In this document: in pieces, positions 1 through 12,200 of the stretch
Numbering within the stretch: the first letter of the stretch is position 1
Layout: each line of letters opens with the position of its first letter
DNA from: Octopus vulgaris
Taxonomy: Eukaryota
Assembly: GCA_951406725.2 (NCBI GenBank)
Contig: OX597819.1
Span: 54,870,001 to 54,934,000 of the forward strand
Length of the DNA: 64,000 nucleotides
Reading direction: 5' to 3'
Program-made: the position numbers and the translations under genes
Notes under the pieces: model-generated
What the model was told of the DNA's origin: nothing
The model's database searches: none
What the model saw: only the letters and a program-made list of their open reading frames with translations

Positions 1-458
1 CAATATGGGACCAATAGATTGTTTACATTTTGTGTGATTGGCTGTCCATATACACTAAAAAAGCTTATAAAATCCTTACTTTATAATTTTTTTGCTTATG
101 CAGTATAAACCTAACAAACTTTCAATATATTAAACTAAAATGAGCCAGTGAGGAACTACCAATGTAGTCGCGAAATTTGTTCATTTCATGCCTGTATCAG
201 CCTTAGAATACTATGTATCATCCTTTAAGGGGTTTCAGGCCTAAGTTCCACGAAAACGAATAATCATAGCTAACACTTCGCCGATGGAGTTAACCCAAAA
301 CAACGAGATCGAAATATATTCGGTATTTAAACTTAGATTATATTTGTATATCTCTCTACCAACAGTTTGTCCTACTGTTTCAAGTGTTTATATTGATTTA
401 TTTACCAATTTCTATATCGGAATGAATATTTTTGTCTTTGCACAGAATGTTCGGGGGT

Positions 459-506
459 TTTGTCACTGAAGATAACGAGTCAGGTCGAAACACCAGTGTC
501 TAACGA
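459..506 (+). ncRNA. Degenerate type I hammerhead ribozyme motif (Penelope-like)
   Basis: TTGTCA-CTGAAGA(466-472)-T-AACGAGTCAGGTC-GAAA(487-490)-CACCAGTG-TC-TAACGA. Core boxes and GUC triplet are intact, stem I pairs 5/6, stem III is near-palindromic (ACACCAGTGT), stem II is damaged. Confidence 0.5.
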
Positions 507-1025
507 CCTGCCGACAACATTGTGAACGGGTTCCGTATTTTTGAACACAATTCTCAATGAGAAGTTTGTCTGGGGACGTCCTACGTTTGTATATTCATTA
601 TAAATGTCATAAACATCCTTGCTTTTCCTTCTGTTTATGGTTTCGTACGACCGAATGCCATATATTCTGGTTCCACACGAATGCAATGTAATCCCTTTTT
701 AACTGTTCTTGAGTATATTGCATATTCGTTATGTAGTGGCCGTTTGTTTTAGGATTCAAAACTTCATTCAATAACCAGACTTTTACGTTAGACATCCTTC
801 ATTAGAACTCCTTCATTTATCGATTTCCTGCTGGTTAATGAAAATTCAGAAGCTGGATTTTAAACCATACAATTGTAAACAGTGGAAATATAATAGTTGA
901 ATATTAATTTGTGTTCTTATTTTGTTACACCACAGCTGCTTTGTGTAATAATGTTTATTAAATGATTTATTATTATTTAAGAAACACACAAAAGCCGTTC
1001 GATTCACTTCAACATTTAAGTTTAA

Positions 1026-1076
1026 TTTATCAAAATATTTTCGTCGCATTAAGACCGCGACCTGTTCACTGACAAA
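1026..1076 (-). ncRNA. Second (inverted) copy of the G3-C8 hammerhead variant
   Basis: Mirror copy in the left arm. Its two differences fall in loop II and in stem I as a G-U wobble. Confidence 0.6.
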
Positions 1077-1098
1077 AATCCGTGATGCAGCACGGATT

Positions 1099-1149
1099 TT
1101 TGTCAGTGAACAGGTCGCGGTCTTAAAGCGACGAAAATATTTTGACAAA
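1099..1149 (+). ncRNA. Minimal type I hammerhead variant with G3-C8 core
   Basis: Stem I TTTGTCA(1099-1105)/TGACAAA(1143-1149); core GTGAACA(1106-1112); extra G; stem II GTCGC/GCGAC; GAAA(1133-1136); palindromic AATATT stem III; UUU triplet. Confidence 0.65.
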
Positions 1150-1996
1150 TTAAACTTAAATGTTGAAGTGAATCGAACGGCTTTTGTGTGTTTCTTAAAT
1201 GGCTTAAAACACCTTCCACGCTGCAATTGTTTTCGTTTCAGCACACGATCTCAGATCAAATCACTTGCTATGCAAGTATATCTCCGTAATTTATTATTAT
1301 TGCTAGCCATTAAATGAAATAACTTCTTATTGAAAACCAGGGAAAATGTTTACTCACTTGGATTTATATCATACTTTTGTAAATAAACCAATCGATATTT
1401 TTTGCGTGAGAGTACTCGTAAGCAAACATCTAGTGAACACACGTTCTTTTGAGAGATATTATTATATTTGAATAATGAGAGTTAAAAATGTGAAGGAACA
1501 TATGTTCTTAACGGTAATTGATTCACTAGCCAATTGTATAAACTATGAAAATCACGTATCAGTTGGATATAGTGTTGGTTAAAATTAATAGATAAAACAT
1601 CTATTGTGTTGCAACAACTGCTTCATACACTGGGGGCAAATGTCAAAAATGTGCATCATGAAAAAAATAAGATGTGTTTGGAAGAAAATTTCCAGCAAAA
1701 ACAAAACAAAAAAAGCACGAATGAAAACATTAGCATAAAACAATAAACAAATCATAAAATCCTCACACATTTACGAATATGTGTTGCGTGTATGTGTAGT
1801 CTAAATAAGAGTGCGTTTAGTTGTGTATGTATGTGTGTGTATGTGGACAAATGGGCTGCTTCGGCTCAGTGTTTAAGATGCATCTCTGTTTGCTAACTAA
1901 AGTGTTGATCTTTCACACTATGTCAGTGGCTTTGTGTAGTGTGTGACTGGAATAAAGATATGCTGTCAATGTATAGATATTATGTCAATGTAGATT

Positions 1997-2332
1997 AAGG
2001 CGGCGAGCTGGCAGAATCGTTAGCACGCCGGGCGAAATGCGTATCCGTATTTCGTCTGCCGTTACGTTCTGAGTTCAAATTCCGCCGAGGTCCACTTTGC
2101 CTTTCATCCTTTCGGGATCGATAAATTAAGTACCAGTTACGCACTGGGGTCGATATAATCAATTTAATCCGTTTGTCTGCCTTGTTTGTCCTCTCTGCGT
2201 TTAGCCCCTTGTGGGCAGTAAAGAAATAGGTATTTCGCTTGCCGCTACGAATTTGAACTCAGAACATAACGGCAGACGGAAACAGCTAAGCATTTCGCCC
2301 AACGTGCTAACGTTTCTGCCAGCTCGCCGCCT
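1997..2332 (+). mobile_element. SINE family B (GGCGGCGAGCTGGCAGAA head) with an inverted head fragment at 2249-2332
   Basis: B-box-like GAGTTCAAATTCC, core GCCTTTCATCCTTTCGGG, tail GCCCCTTGTGGG..AAAGAAATA; many copies in the window. Confidence 0.85.
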
Positions 2333-2825
2333 CCAGTATTCTTGGTCCCCAACTCCCTGCTATCAGGGCAAAGATGGCTATCCGCAAGTGCAAGTCTCAT
2401 GAGTCGGAGTGGCCGTTCCAGGGCGAATTCCCTGACCATTCGCTGAAGCAACGCCTTTACCATTTTATCCGATGAGATCATAAGACGGTCTGACAAGTCT
2501 CTTTAGATGTAGCTGATGTATCTGAAAACAAGACCATCATGAACAATAGTCTATGCAAAAGATTACCTCTAGAAAGAATACAAAAATAAAGGTAGCAACG
2601 AGTGACTATGACATTTTGTTCTCATGCCTACACATATACGTAAAGTACTTACAAAAAAAATAATCTTGAATAGAAACTATCCACAACATAAATATCATTT
2701 GTTATATTAATTCTCTTTGAATACACACGTAAATACTCTCTCTCTCTCTCTCTCTTTCACACACACACACACACATATGCTGAGGCACACACGCATATAC
2801 ATTAGAAAATAAGATACTAACAGGT

Positions 2826-2991
2826 AGGCGTAGGAGTGGCTGTGTGGTACGCAGTTTGCTTATGAACCACATAGGTCCGGGTTCAGTCCCACTGCGCGGC
2901 ACCTTGGGCAAGTGTCTTCTACTATAGCCTCGGGCCGACCATAGCCTTGTGAGGGGATTTGGTAAACGGAAACTGAAAGAAGCCCGTCGTA

Positions 2992-3056
<65 letters not shown>

Positions 3057-3238
3057 TTTTGTGTTTAAGTCTGTGTTTGTCATCCCCCCCCCCACGAACA
3101 TCTTAGCTGTTCGGCAAAAGAGACCGATAGAATAAGTACCAGGCTTACAAAGAATAAGTCCAGGAGTCGATTTGTCTCGACTAAAGGCGGTGCTCCTGCA
3201 TGGCCACAGTCAAATGACTGAAACAAGTAAAGAGAGTA
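2826..3238 (+). mobile_element. SINE family A (tRNA-type head, internal (TA)n(TG)n, tail GAAACAAGTAAAAGAGT)
   Basis: A-box TGGCTGTGTGG, B-box GGTTCAGTCCC; about 20 full or partial copies in the window. Confidence 0.9.
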
Positions 3239-3495
3239 TCATATTTTACTGAAACGGCATAACTTGAATATTGTACGTAAGTTTAAAGACTTTAAATCGT
3301 TTCCAATTTATTAAAAACGACTTAAATCCTTCAAACTTATGTACATATTCAAGTTCTGCCTTTTCGGTAAAACATGATCTTGGTAGCTTATTTTCTATTG
3401 TATATGTGTGAGCGCTTTTAAAGGGGCGGCACACACTCTAGCTACGCTAGTGTGTGTGTGCGCGCGCGCGCGAACGTGCATGTGTGTGTGGGGGC

Positions 3496-3554
<59 letters not shown>

Positions 3555-3556
3555 TG

Positions 3557-3585
<29 letters not shown>

Positions 3586-3587
<2 letters not shown>

Positions 3588-3822
3588 GGGCGGCGAGCTG
3601 GCAGAAACATTAGCACGCCGGGCGAAATGCGTAGCCGTATTTCGTCTGCCGATATGTTCTGAGTTCAAATTCCGCCGAGGTCGACTGTGCCTTTCATCCT
3701 TTCCAGGGTCGATGAATTAAGTACCAGTTACGCACTGGGGTCGATATAATCGACTTAATCTGTGTGTCTGTCCTTGTTTGTCCCCTCTGTGTTTAGCCCC
3801 TTGTGGGTAGTAAAGGAAATAT
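3586..3822 (+). mobile_element. SINE family B
   Basis: Matches 1997-2235. Confidence 0.85.
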
Positions 3823-3895
3823 GTATTAATATATATATATATACACACACGCGCATATACACACAGAGAGAGAAAGACAGATAGATGCATGCATG

Positions 3896-3967
<72 letters not shown>

Positions 3968-4261
3968 CGGAGCGTCTATCTGGCTTTCAGCGATACTGTG
4001 CAATATCATGCAATACACTATATGTTGTTTTGAATAAACAAACCCTGCTTCGTAGTTGGTCAATTTGCATATGGTGTTTCTAAAATTCTTTTAATCTTTA
4101 TTTTTCCAAGTGGATCATCCTGTGCTTTACAAGTGTATTATTTTGTACCTTAGCCTTAACCTTTTCGTTTAATTTTCTTAATAATCATCATACTGTTTGC
4201 ATGGATTAATAAATATACAGATTCTGCTTTAGAAGTGTATTAATTTGAATGAGTTAAATAG

Positions 4262-4395
4262 AATTTATATCGACCCCGAAAGGATGAAAGGCAAAGTCGA
4301 TCTCGGCGAAATTTGAACTCAGAACGTGACGGCAGACGAAATACGGCTACGCGTTTCGCCCGGCATGCTAACGTTTCTGCCAGCTCGCCGCCTTT
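4262..4395 (-). mobile_element. SINE family B, 5' part
   Basis: Reverse complement of the family B head and core. Confidence 0.8.
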
Positions 4396-4567
4396 CTAAT
4401 TTAAAGAAAGGTGTAATTTTAGGTGTAAGGGAGGTAACTGCTATAAGCATTTACTTATAAAGGGAAGTAACTTGAAAAACTTTTTTCCAGTTGTCATACT
4501 TCTTTATCAATTGTAATACTTCAATAAAAATATATCTAAAATCTTTTCAGTTTGAAATATGTATTTG

Positions 4568-4712
4568 TATTCTGTTGTGTCAGGGGAGAGTCATTTTTTT
4601 TGTGCCTTATAATTTAACACACTAACTAAGTATATTAAATTATAAGGCACAAAAAGTGTGTTAAATTATAAGGTACAAAAAGAAAATGACTCCTCCCAGA
4701 CACAACAGAATA
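4568..4712. repeat. Inverted repeat, ~55-bp arms
   Basis: 4568-4622 versus 4656-4712; the spacer holds an extra partial arm copy (TTAAATTATAAGGCACAAAAA). Confidence 0.85.
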
Positions 4713-4981
4713 TGCTTCAACACACGAACTCAAATAAAGAATCTTGCAAACCAAATCCAAAATCGAAATATATATTTGTAAGTTAGAAGCAAAAACACAA
4801 AGAAAAAATAATTGCTTATTAAAAATTTTTTATACTTACTGCTTTTTATTACTGACCTGTGCTGGGTCACTCTTTTGTGGGGGTTTTATTTGATTATATG
4901 AACCCATTCTTCATCTGGTTATTTATTCACATTTCGTAGTAAAGCTGACCCAGTTTTAAAGAAACCTATCTATCTATCTAC

Positions 4982-5053
<72 letters not shown>

Positions 5054-6307
5054 AACATAAGACTAAATCTCCTGGTGTCAGGAGATTTATGCTAATCCAT
5101 CATAAGGAGCTGAAACATAGCAATCAAGATACAAGGAAACAACCAAAGCTTGATCAAAACCATAGCTTGAAAAATAAAATTTTACTATTGCAGAGAAGCC
5201 TTTCTGATTTTCGAAGCCACGGAATATAAATCAGGGAAATCCAAATATTAATTTGAACATGTTGTTACGAACGCCGTAGACTGGGGTACTCGGCCTGAGA
5301 AATTATCACGTGAAAACGTTAAATGCTACAACAAAAAAAAAAGAAAAGAAAAGAAAAAAGTGTAGATTATATCGATAGTTGAAATTTCGTAAACACCGGC
5401 TGATGGGACAAAAATAAATAAATATATAAAATAAAACAAACCTCAGCAGGAAAATATAAAACAGAAATTAAAAGAACAAAGAGAGTTTGAAAGCACAATG
5501 CTCCAAACTACACCAGCTTAATCAAAAATTTATGATTAAAGCTGAAAAATTAAAATATGACTTTATATATTATGTTTAACAGTCATTTTTGTATTTGACT
5601 TGCGAAATTCTTAATGTGAACTCGTGTGTTGAAACATATTTTGTTGTACCTCGGAAGGGTTACTATGTCAATAATAAACACACACACACAAATGCTATTT
5701 CACTTCTTTATTTTATTTTTTTACTTTATTCATACATTTTTTATAAAAGAAAAAGAACCACTGCGTTTGTTTATTATGGGTGCAATGACCCTTTATATAT
5801 ACAGCAAAAAGCTTAGTAGAATGTTTGCCATAAATCATAACCAGTTGATCGTATCTTTGATGCTAAAAAACAATCTTTGGGAAAGACGCCTCATCAAAAG
5901 AATAAGTTCAAAAATATGGTTTATCTGTATAGAAAAGTAGTAACGAATTTGACAAGCAAGCCGCATGATGTATAGGAAAATGGTCTAAAGAAAATGACAA
6001 ATAGAAATTCCCCAAGACCACATCTTTTAACAATATATTGTTGAAAAATCTGTAGCACTATGTGGAAAGAATGTTGGCGGTGCTTTAGATGTGTAGCAAA
6101 TAATGAAAATTTTGCTCACACCTTTTTATACAGTGAAGAAAATAGGATATTGGATTAATGAGAAGAGAAGTTTTCCGTTGTCCATCGTGTTTTTTTGTTT
6201 TGTTTTTTTTTTCTGTTAAAAGTGTACATGGAACACTAAGGTTCTAGGAAAAGAAAAGAAAATAACGTTGGAAAGTTTTGTTCATAGAAGAAGTATGGTT
6301 GCTAAAA

Positions 6308-6602
6308 GTTTGCTCCTTCTCGAGCCACGCCTGGTTCATTAGGGCCGGTTTCCCGGTTTCCTTGGCGTATAGGTTCCCCACCTGGACGGGACGCCGGTCC
6401 GTCGCAGGTGAGCTGCAAGATGCAAGAGTGAGAGAAAGTTGTGGCGAAAGAGTCAGCAGAAGTTCGTCATTACTTTCTGCCGGAGCCGTGTGGAGCTTAG
6501 GTGCTTCACTCATAAACACAGACATCGCCCGGTCTGAGATTCGAACCCGCGATCCCTCGGCCGCGAGTGCGCTGCTCTAACCACTAGGCCATGTGCCTAC
6601 AC
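6308..6602 (-). mobile_element. SINE family C (tRNA-type head TGGCCTAGTGG...GGTTCGAATC)
   Basis: A/B boxes on the minus strand; second copy at 58647-58926. Confidence 0.85.
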
Positions 6603-7098
6603 TGGTTGTTAAGAGAGGAGTAAGAATATGCATGTGAAAGTGATGAATATGGTAGAATTAGTGCAGACAGTTCTTTTTACAACACAGAATTTTGACAGTC
6701 GTAACTGTCGAGAAACTGTCAAATGCGAAAATTTGTCGGTTGTTACGCTAAGCTGCTCGAGTCTGCCTGTCAAGCTCTTGTCTTTTCTATTCTTCAAACC
6801 TACTTTCTTTTATTGAACTCCTGAACAAAATCTGACTAGACAGATCAGTGGTGGTGTCATCACTCGAAAATACGTGACATGTTTATATATAATTTCAGAG
6901 ACCTGAAAATTCCTATTTGCATTTATGAAAATTTTCGCTACTGGAAAACAAACAGTTCGGGTTCAAATTGAAGTATAGGCACGCTATATTACTCAGCCAC
7001 CCATCAAAGAGTTGGTTACTTGACAACGAACGAAATTAAGATGTAAGTGTAGCAGGTTGTGCTAATGATGTTGACATGTGGAAAAATGACTGATAAAC

Positions 7099-7270
7099 AG
7101 GCGTAGGAGTGGCTGTGGGGTAAGTAGCTTGCTTATCAACCACATGGTTCCGGGTTCAGTCCCACTGCGAGTCACCGTGGGCAAGTGTCTTCTACTATAG
7201 CCTCGGGACGACCAAAGCCTTGTGAGTGGATTTGGTAGATGGAAACTGAAAGAAGCCCGTCGTATATATG

Positions 7271-7338
<68 letters not shown>

Positions 7339-7550
7339 TGTGTGTGTGTCTGCCCACCCCCAACATCGCTTGACAACCGATGCTGGTGTATTTACGTCCC
7401 TGTAACTTAGCGGTTCAGCAAAAGAGCCCGATAGAATAAGTACTAGGCTAACAAAGAATAAGTCCTGGGGTCGATTTGCTCGACTAAAGGCGGTGCCCCA
7501 GCATGGCCGTAGTCAAATGACTGAAACAAGTAAAAGAGTAAAAGAGTAAA
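7099..7550 (+). mobile_element. SINE family A, full length
   Basis: Head to (AAAAGAGT)n tail. Confidence 0.9.
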
Positions 7551-7847
7551 CCGCGAATATGAGAACACAAATGTGGTTTTGATTATCCACACAAAGATGA
7601 ATGTAATGCAAGGCCAAAAATAAGCATCTTAGAAGAGAGAATCTGAACGGTTGTATACGTGAATGCGAGTACATATTCAAGTGATTCTGAATATAGAGCG
7701 GTATCAAGCTGCGTTGACAACTCCAAACACATTCAAGTGAGTTTATATAATATGGTGCAGTTGCCAATTTTCATTGTTAGGTGCTGAAAAGGAACCGTAT
7801 TTTCTCAATCAATTGTATAACAAGAAGATTTCTGGTGATTGGTGTAT

Positions 7848-7963
7848 AGGCGCAGGAGTGGCTATGTGGTAAGTAGCTTGCTTACCAACCACATGGCTCC
7901 GGGTTCAGCCCTGTGAGTGGATTTGGTAGACGGAAACTGAAAGAAGCCCGTCGTATATATATG

Positions 7964-8026
<63 letters not shown>

Positions 8027-8238
8027 GTGTTTGTGTGTGTGTTTGTCCCCCTAGCATTGCTTGACAGCCGATGCTGGTGTGTTCATGTCCCCGTAACTTA
8101 GCAGTTCGACAAAAGAGACCGATAGAATAAATACTGGGCTTACAAAGAATAAGTCCCGGGGTCGATTTGCTCGACTAAAGGCGGTGCTCCAGCATGGCCG
8201 CAGTCAAGTGACCGAAACAAGTAAAAGAGTAAAAGAGT
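7848..8238 (+). mobile_element. SINE family A with internal deletion
   Basis: GGTTCAG joins directly to CCCTGTGAGTGG. Confidence 0.9.
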
Positions 8239-8737
8239 TGTTTGGTAGGTGTTTTGAAGGAAGTGCAGAAACCAAGTGTGTCAGACACCGTGACCATGAG
8301 TAATTGCTGTGGATAATGTAAGTACGGAAAGCTTCAAAATACACGCTAGATGCGCTGAGCCGAGTAAACTTCCTTCTACGAACACCATAAGCCGAGCGAA
8401 TATGTACAGAGGGAGGAAGATAAATGGTTGGAAGTAAGAGCATAGAAAATGTAGTCAATGTCCCTTATCGAAAATGTGAGGAGGTTATGGTAATTTGGTC
8501 TAATTATAATAACAGACAAAAATGAAATAGCAGAATGTGAACTGTCGCTTTGTGTAACCTCCAACAGAAACGATGTCGGAAGTCATGGCTTAAGATTGAC
8601 CCAGACGTAACCAAAGTGTTGCGTACTGACCATACTTTTCTTACTTTGCAAAACAGCTAAATTACACACCTAGCTCAAATAAGGTTAGTCCATAGTACTC
8701 CGTAAAGAGCACAGGGCTGGTTCCCCGTTTCTCTGGC

Positions 8738-8778
<41 letters not shown>

Positions 8779-8780
<2 letters not shown>

Positions 8781-8982
8781 TCTTTTACTCTTTACTCTTT
8801 TACTTATTTCAGTCATTTGACTGCAGCCATGCGGGAGCATTGCCTTTAGTCGAACAAATCGACCCCAGGACTTATTCTTTGGAAGCCTAGTACTTATTCT
8901 ATTGGTCCCTTTTGCCGACCCGCTAGGTTACGGGGACATAAACACACCAGCATCGGTTGTCAAGCGATGTTGGGGGGGACAA

Positions 8983-9051
<69 letters not shown>

Positions 9052-9183
9052 GATATGTAGAAAAATACAAACTGAGACAAGAACGCATAAGAACTTAGAA
9101 GACGATACAACAAACACAGACAGGACATTCGAAGCCCTCAGTCTTCAGTCAAGAACCGGATCATCGTAGTAATTTCGGCTGAT

Positions 9184-9216
<33 letters not shown>

Positions 9217-9380
9217 CGACGGGCTTCTTTCAGTTTCCGTCTACCAAATTCACTCACAAGTATTTGGTCGGCCCGAGGCTATAATAGAAGACACATGCCC
9301 AAGGTGCCACACAGTGGGACTGAACCCGGAACCATGTGGTTGGTAAGCAAGCTACTTACCACACATCCACTCCTGCGCCT
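8779..9380 (-). mobile_element. SINE family A with a ~135-bp insert (9047-9183) in its (TA)n core
   Basis: Both SINE halves flank a non-SINE segment bounded by (TA)n. Confidence 0.85.
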
Positions 9381-9425
9381 ATATATACATACATACATAC
9401 ATACATACATACATACATACATACA

Positions 9426-9460
<35 letters not shown>

Positions 9461-9464
9461 TATA

Positions 9465-9647
9465 CCTCCCTAGACAGGGAGCCGGTCCGTCGCAGGGTTG
9501 CTCATTTTTACCAACTGAATGGACTGGAACAGCGTGAAGTGAAGTGTTTTGGTCAAGAACGCAACGCATCGCTCGGTCTAGGAATCGAAACCACAATTTT
9601 TACAATCATAAATCCAACGCCCCAATCACTAAGGCATGCACTGCCAC
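9465..9647 (-). mobile_element. SINE family D, partial
   Basis: Homologous to 55567-55826 and 12382-12660. Confidence 0.7.
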
Positions 9648-9803
9648 TGGCGAAGATATACTATCCAATAACATTATTTACATTATTTACATTTGACGGA
9701 TATTAGCCCTCATCTTGTTTGTTGTTAACACAGCCTTCATCGGGTGTCTTGGGGAAATTTCGAACCTGGATTCTCATTCCTAAGGTAGTTTTCGATGTTG
9801 TTG

Positions 9804-9918
<115 letters not shown>

Positions 9919-9933
9919 CATTATTATTATTAT

Positions 9934-10488
9934 TCAGTGAGAGAGCAGTGCAATCCATCAAAGTGACACTGGGGTAAAATATACGAAGCCCAGTATACCC
10001 ATCATGACTACCCGCCTGATAAGGGTACACTAGGCACATACATCACAACCATATGTGCGCGACATGGTGATCTCATATCAAAATAAACAGCACATGACCT
10101 TGCAGGTAGGGCCCAATTAGAATTTTCTTCTAGTCGAGTAGCCCATCCCGCTCAAAAGGTCTCTGAATAAGGATCGTTTAAGGATGTTGAACAAACCACC
10201 CATGTTTCCAAAGGTGAATTATTCAAACTCCAAAGAATCCCTCTCAACACATGGCTATGATGCTCCCCCACTACTTCTGCTCGTGATCAGAGATGCACAT
10301 ATCGTCAGCCACTAAGGGATATGGTCAACTGGTTAAGGTCAAACAACTGACAAGCAAATCTGTGGTATTGAGCAGAATATTTGCTGTAGCCCATCTTTTA
10401 TACCAAGACAAAACAATGTACATGATAACACTTCCAATCAGTTAAGATCAGAAGCCATGAGAGCCACTGCCTGGTACTGCATCAGGGC

Positions 10489-10490
<2 letters not shown>
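9934..10490 (-). mobile_element. ~555-bp non-coding element inserted in (TAA)n, copy 1
   Basis: Flanked by (TAT)n on both sides; near-identical to 10540-11094; no ORF or A/B boxes seen. Confidence 0.8.
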
Positions 10491-10539
<49 letters not shown>

Positions 10540-10543
<4 letters not shown>

Positions 10544-11094
10544 TGAGAGAGCAGTGCATGCCATCAAAGTGATACTGGGGTAAATTATATGAAGCCCAGT
10601 ATACCCATCATGACTACCCGTCTGATAAGGGTACACCAGGCACAAGCATCACAACCATATGTGCGCGACATGGTGATCTCATGTCAAGATAAACAGCGCA
10701 TGACCTTGCAAGTGGGGCCCCAGTTAAAATTTTCTTCTAGTCGAGTAGCCCATCCCGCTCAAACGGTCTCTGAATAAGGATCGTTTAAGGATGTTGAACA
10801 AACCACCCATGTTTCCAAAGGTGAATTATCCAAACTTCTAAGAATTCTTCTCAACACACGGTTATGAAGCTCCCCCACTATTTCTGCTCGTGATCAGAGA
10901 TACACATATCATCAGCCACTAAGGGACATGGTCAACTGGTTAAGGTCAAACAACTGACAAGCAAATCTGTGGTATTGAGCAGAATATTTGCTGTAGCCCA
11001 TCTTTTATACCAAGGCAAAACAATGTACATGATAACACTTCCAATCAGTTAAGATCAGAAGCCATGAGAGCCAATGTCTGGTACTGCATCAGGG
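10540..11094 (-). mobile_element. ~555-bp non-coding element inserted in (TAA)n, copy 2
   Basis: Same ends as copy 1, with roughly 30 substitutions counted by eye. Confidence 0.8.
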
Positions 11095-11119
11095 TTATTA
11101 TTATTATTATTATTATTAT

Positions 11120-11426
11120 TTTTTTTTTTCTTCTTTCAAATTTGCTTCCATTTCTTGCCGAGTGTCTTCCCGACTCCTAGGGCAAAGAAACTTATAGTAT
11201 ACATTGGTAGGCCATTAAACCAAACTCAATAGTTCGTTCATTTTTTTTTTATTTTTTAAGTTAAATTAAAATACATGAGCAGCAACAGTTCTCACATCGA
11301 CAATGCTCTTCTCAATACGTGTGATGTACCAGTTAAGACAATCTTTTGCACTTCTTGCAGGGATGGTAAGCCAGGGATCATTCTCATATAATTTTCGGTT
11401 CCCTTCTTGATCATTCCTAGTGCTCC

Positions 11427-11429
<3 letters not shown>
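11120..11429 (-). mobile_element. 5'-truncated R4/Dong-like LINE (end of restriction-like endonuclease domain plus 3' UTR) in (TAA)n
   Basis: 11429-11292 encodes IGALGMIKKGTENYMRMIPGLPSLQEVQKIVLTGTSHVLRRALSM*, resembling the C-terminus of RLE-type LINE ORFs; A-rich tail; Dong elements are known to target TAA repeats. Confidence 0.75.
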
Positions 11430-11486
<57 letters not shown>

Positions 11487-11758
11487 CATCATCATTATTC
11501 AGGTCACTGCCTGGAATCGAACTCGGAATCTTGGGGTTAGTAGCCCACGCTCTTAACCACTACGCCATATGCAATATTATGTATACGATAAGGACGAGGA
11601 GTCCCAATTTGTTTTAACAATGTCTACCTTTCATCCTTTCGGGATCGATAAATTAAGTACTAGTTGCGTACTGGGTCTAGAGTAGAAAAGATATATTATC
11701 GAAAGTTTTGTGGTTCTTTATCGTTTCTTCTTCTATCGTGCAGATGATTAGTTGATAT

Positions 11759-11824
<66 letters not shown>

Positions 11825-11840
11825 GATCTATCTATCTATC

Positions 11841-12110
11841 TTTTTGCATGACACTATTGCCCAAGGTTCCCGTGGTCTTTTCCGTAGGCTTTTCTATCCA
11901 CGAACAAACCTAATCTGTTTTCCCTTTTAACATTGACATTTGCCTGTGATACACGATCCCCATTGATCGTCCCCGCTTTTTTTTTCTTTCACGATCCCTT
12001 TTGATCGGAATTCGACCTTTTTTTTTCTTTCCTTCTCTTCTTCCCAAAAAGAAAAGCTCTACCTTGTATTTTGTCCCTTCTGTGCTCAGCACTGCGTGGC
12101 CAATAAAGAA

Positions 12111-12111
<1 letters not shown>
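11841..12111 (+). mobile_element. LINE 3'-UTR-like element inserted in (ATCT)n
   Basis: Bounded by (TCTA)n on both sides and ends GGCCAATAAAGAAA; clade cannot be determined from this fragment. Confidence 0.6.

Positions 12112-12200
<89 letters not shown>

Larger units (their letters stand above)
975..1200. repeat. 226-bp near-perfect palindrome (inverted pLTR-like fold-back)
   Basis: 975-1087 is the reverse complement of 1088-1200, centred on TG|CA, with 3 mismatched pairs and no spacer. Confidence 0.95.

Noticed and set aside
846-1244. 132-aa minus-strand ORF
   Set aside because: It runs through the palindrome, has no recognisable domain and lacks an ATG start.
11499-11572. Possible tRNA gene
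   Set aside because: It has A/B boxes and an anticodon-like arm but no acceptor stem, and it runs into (AAT)n; treated as a SINE head.
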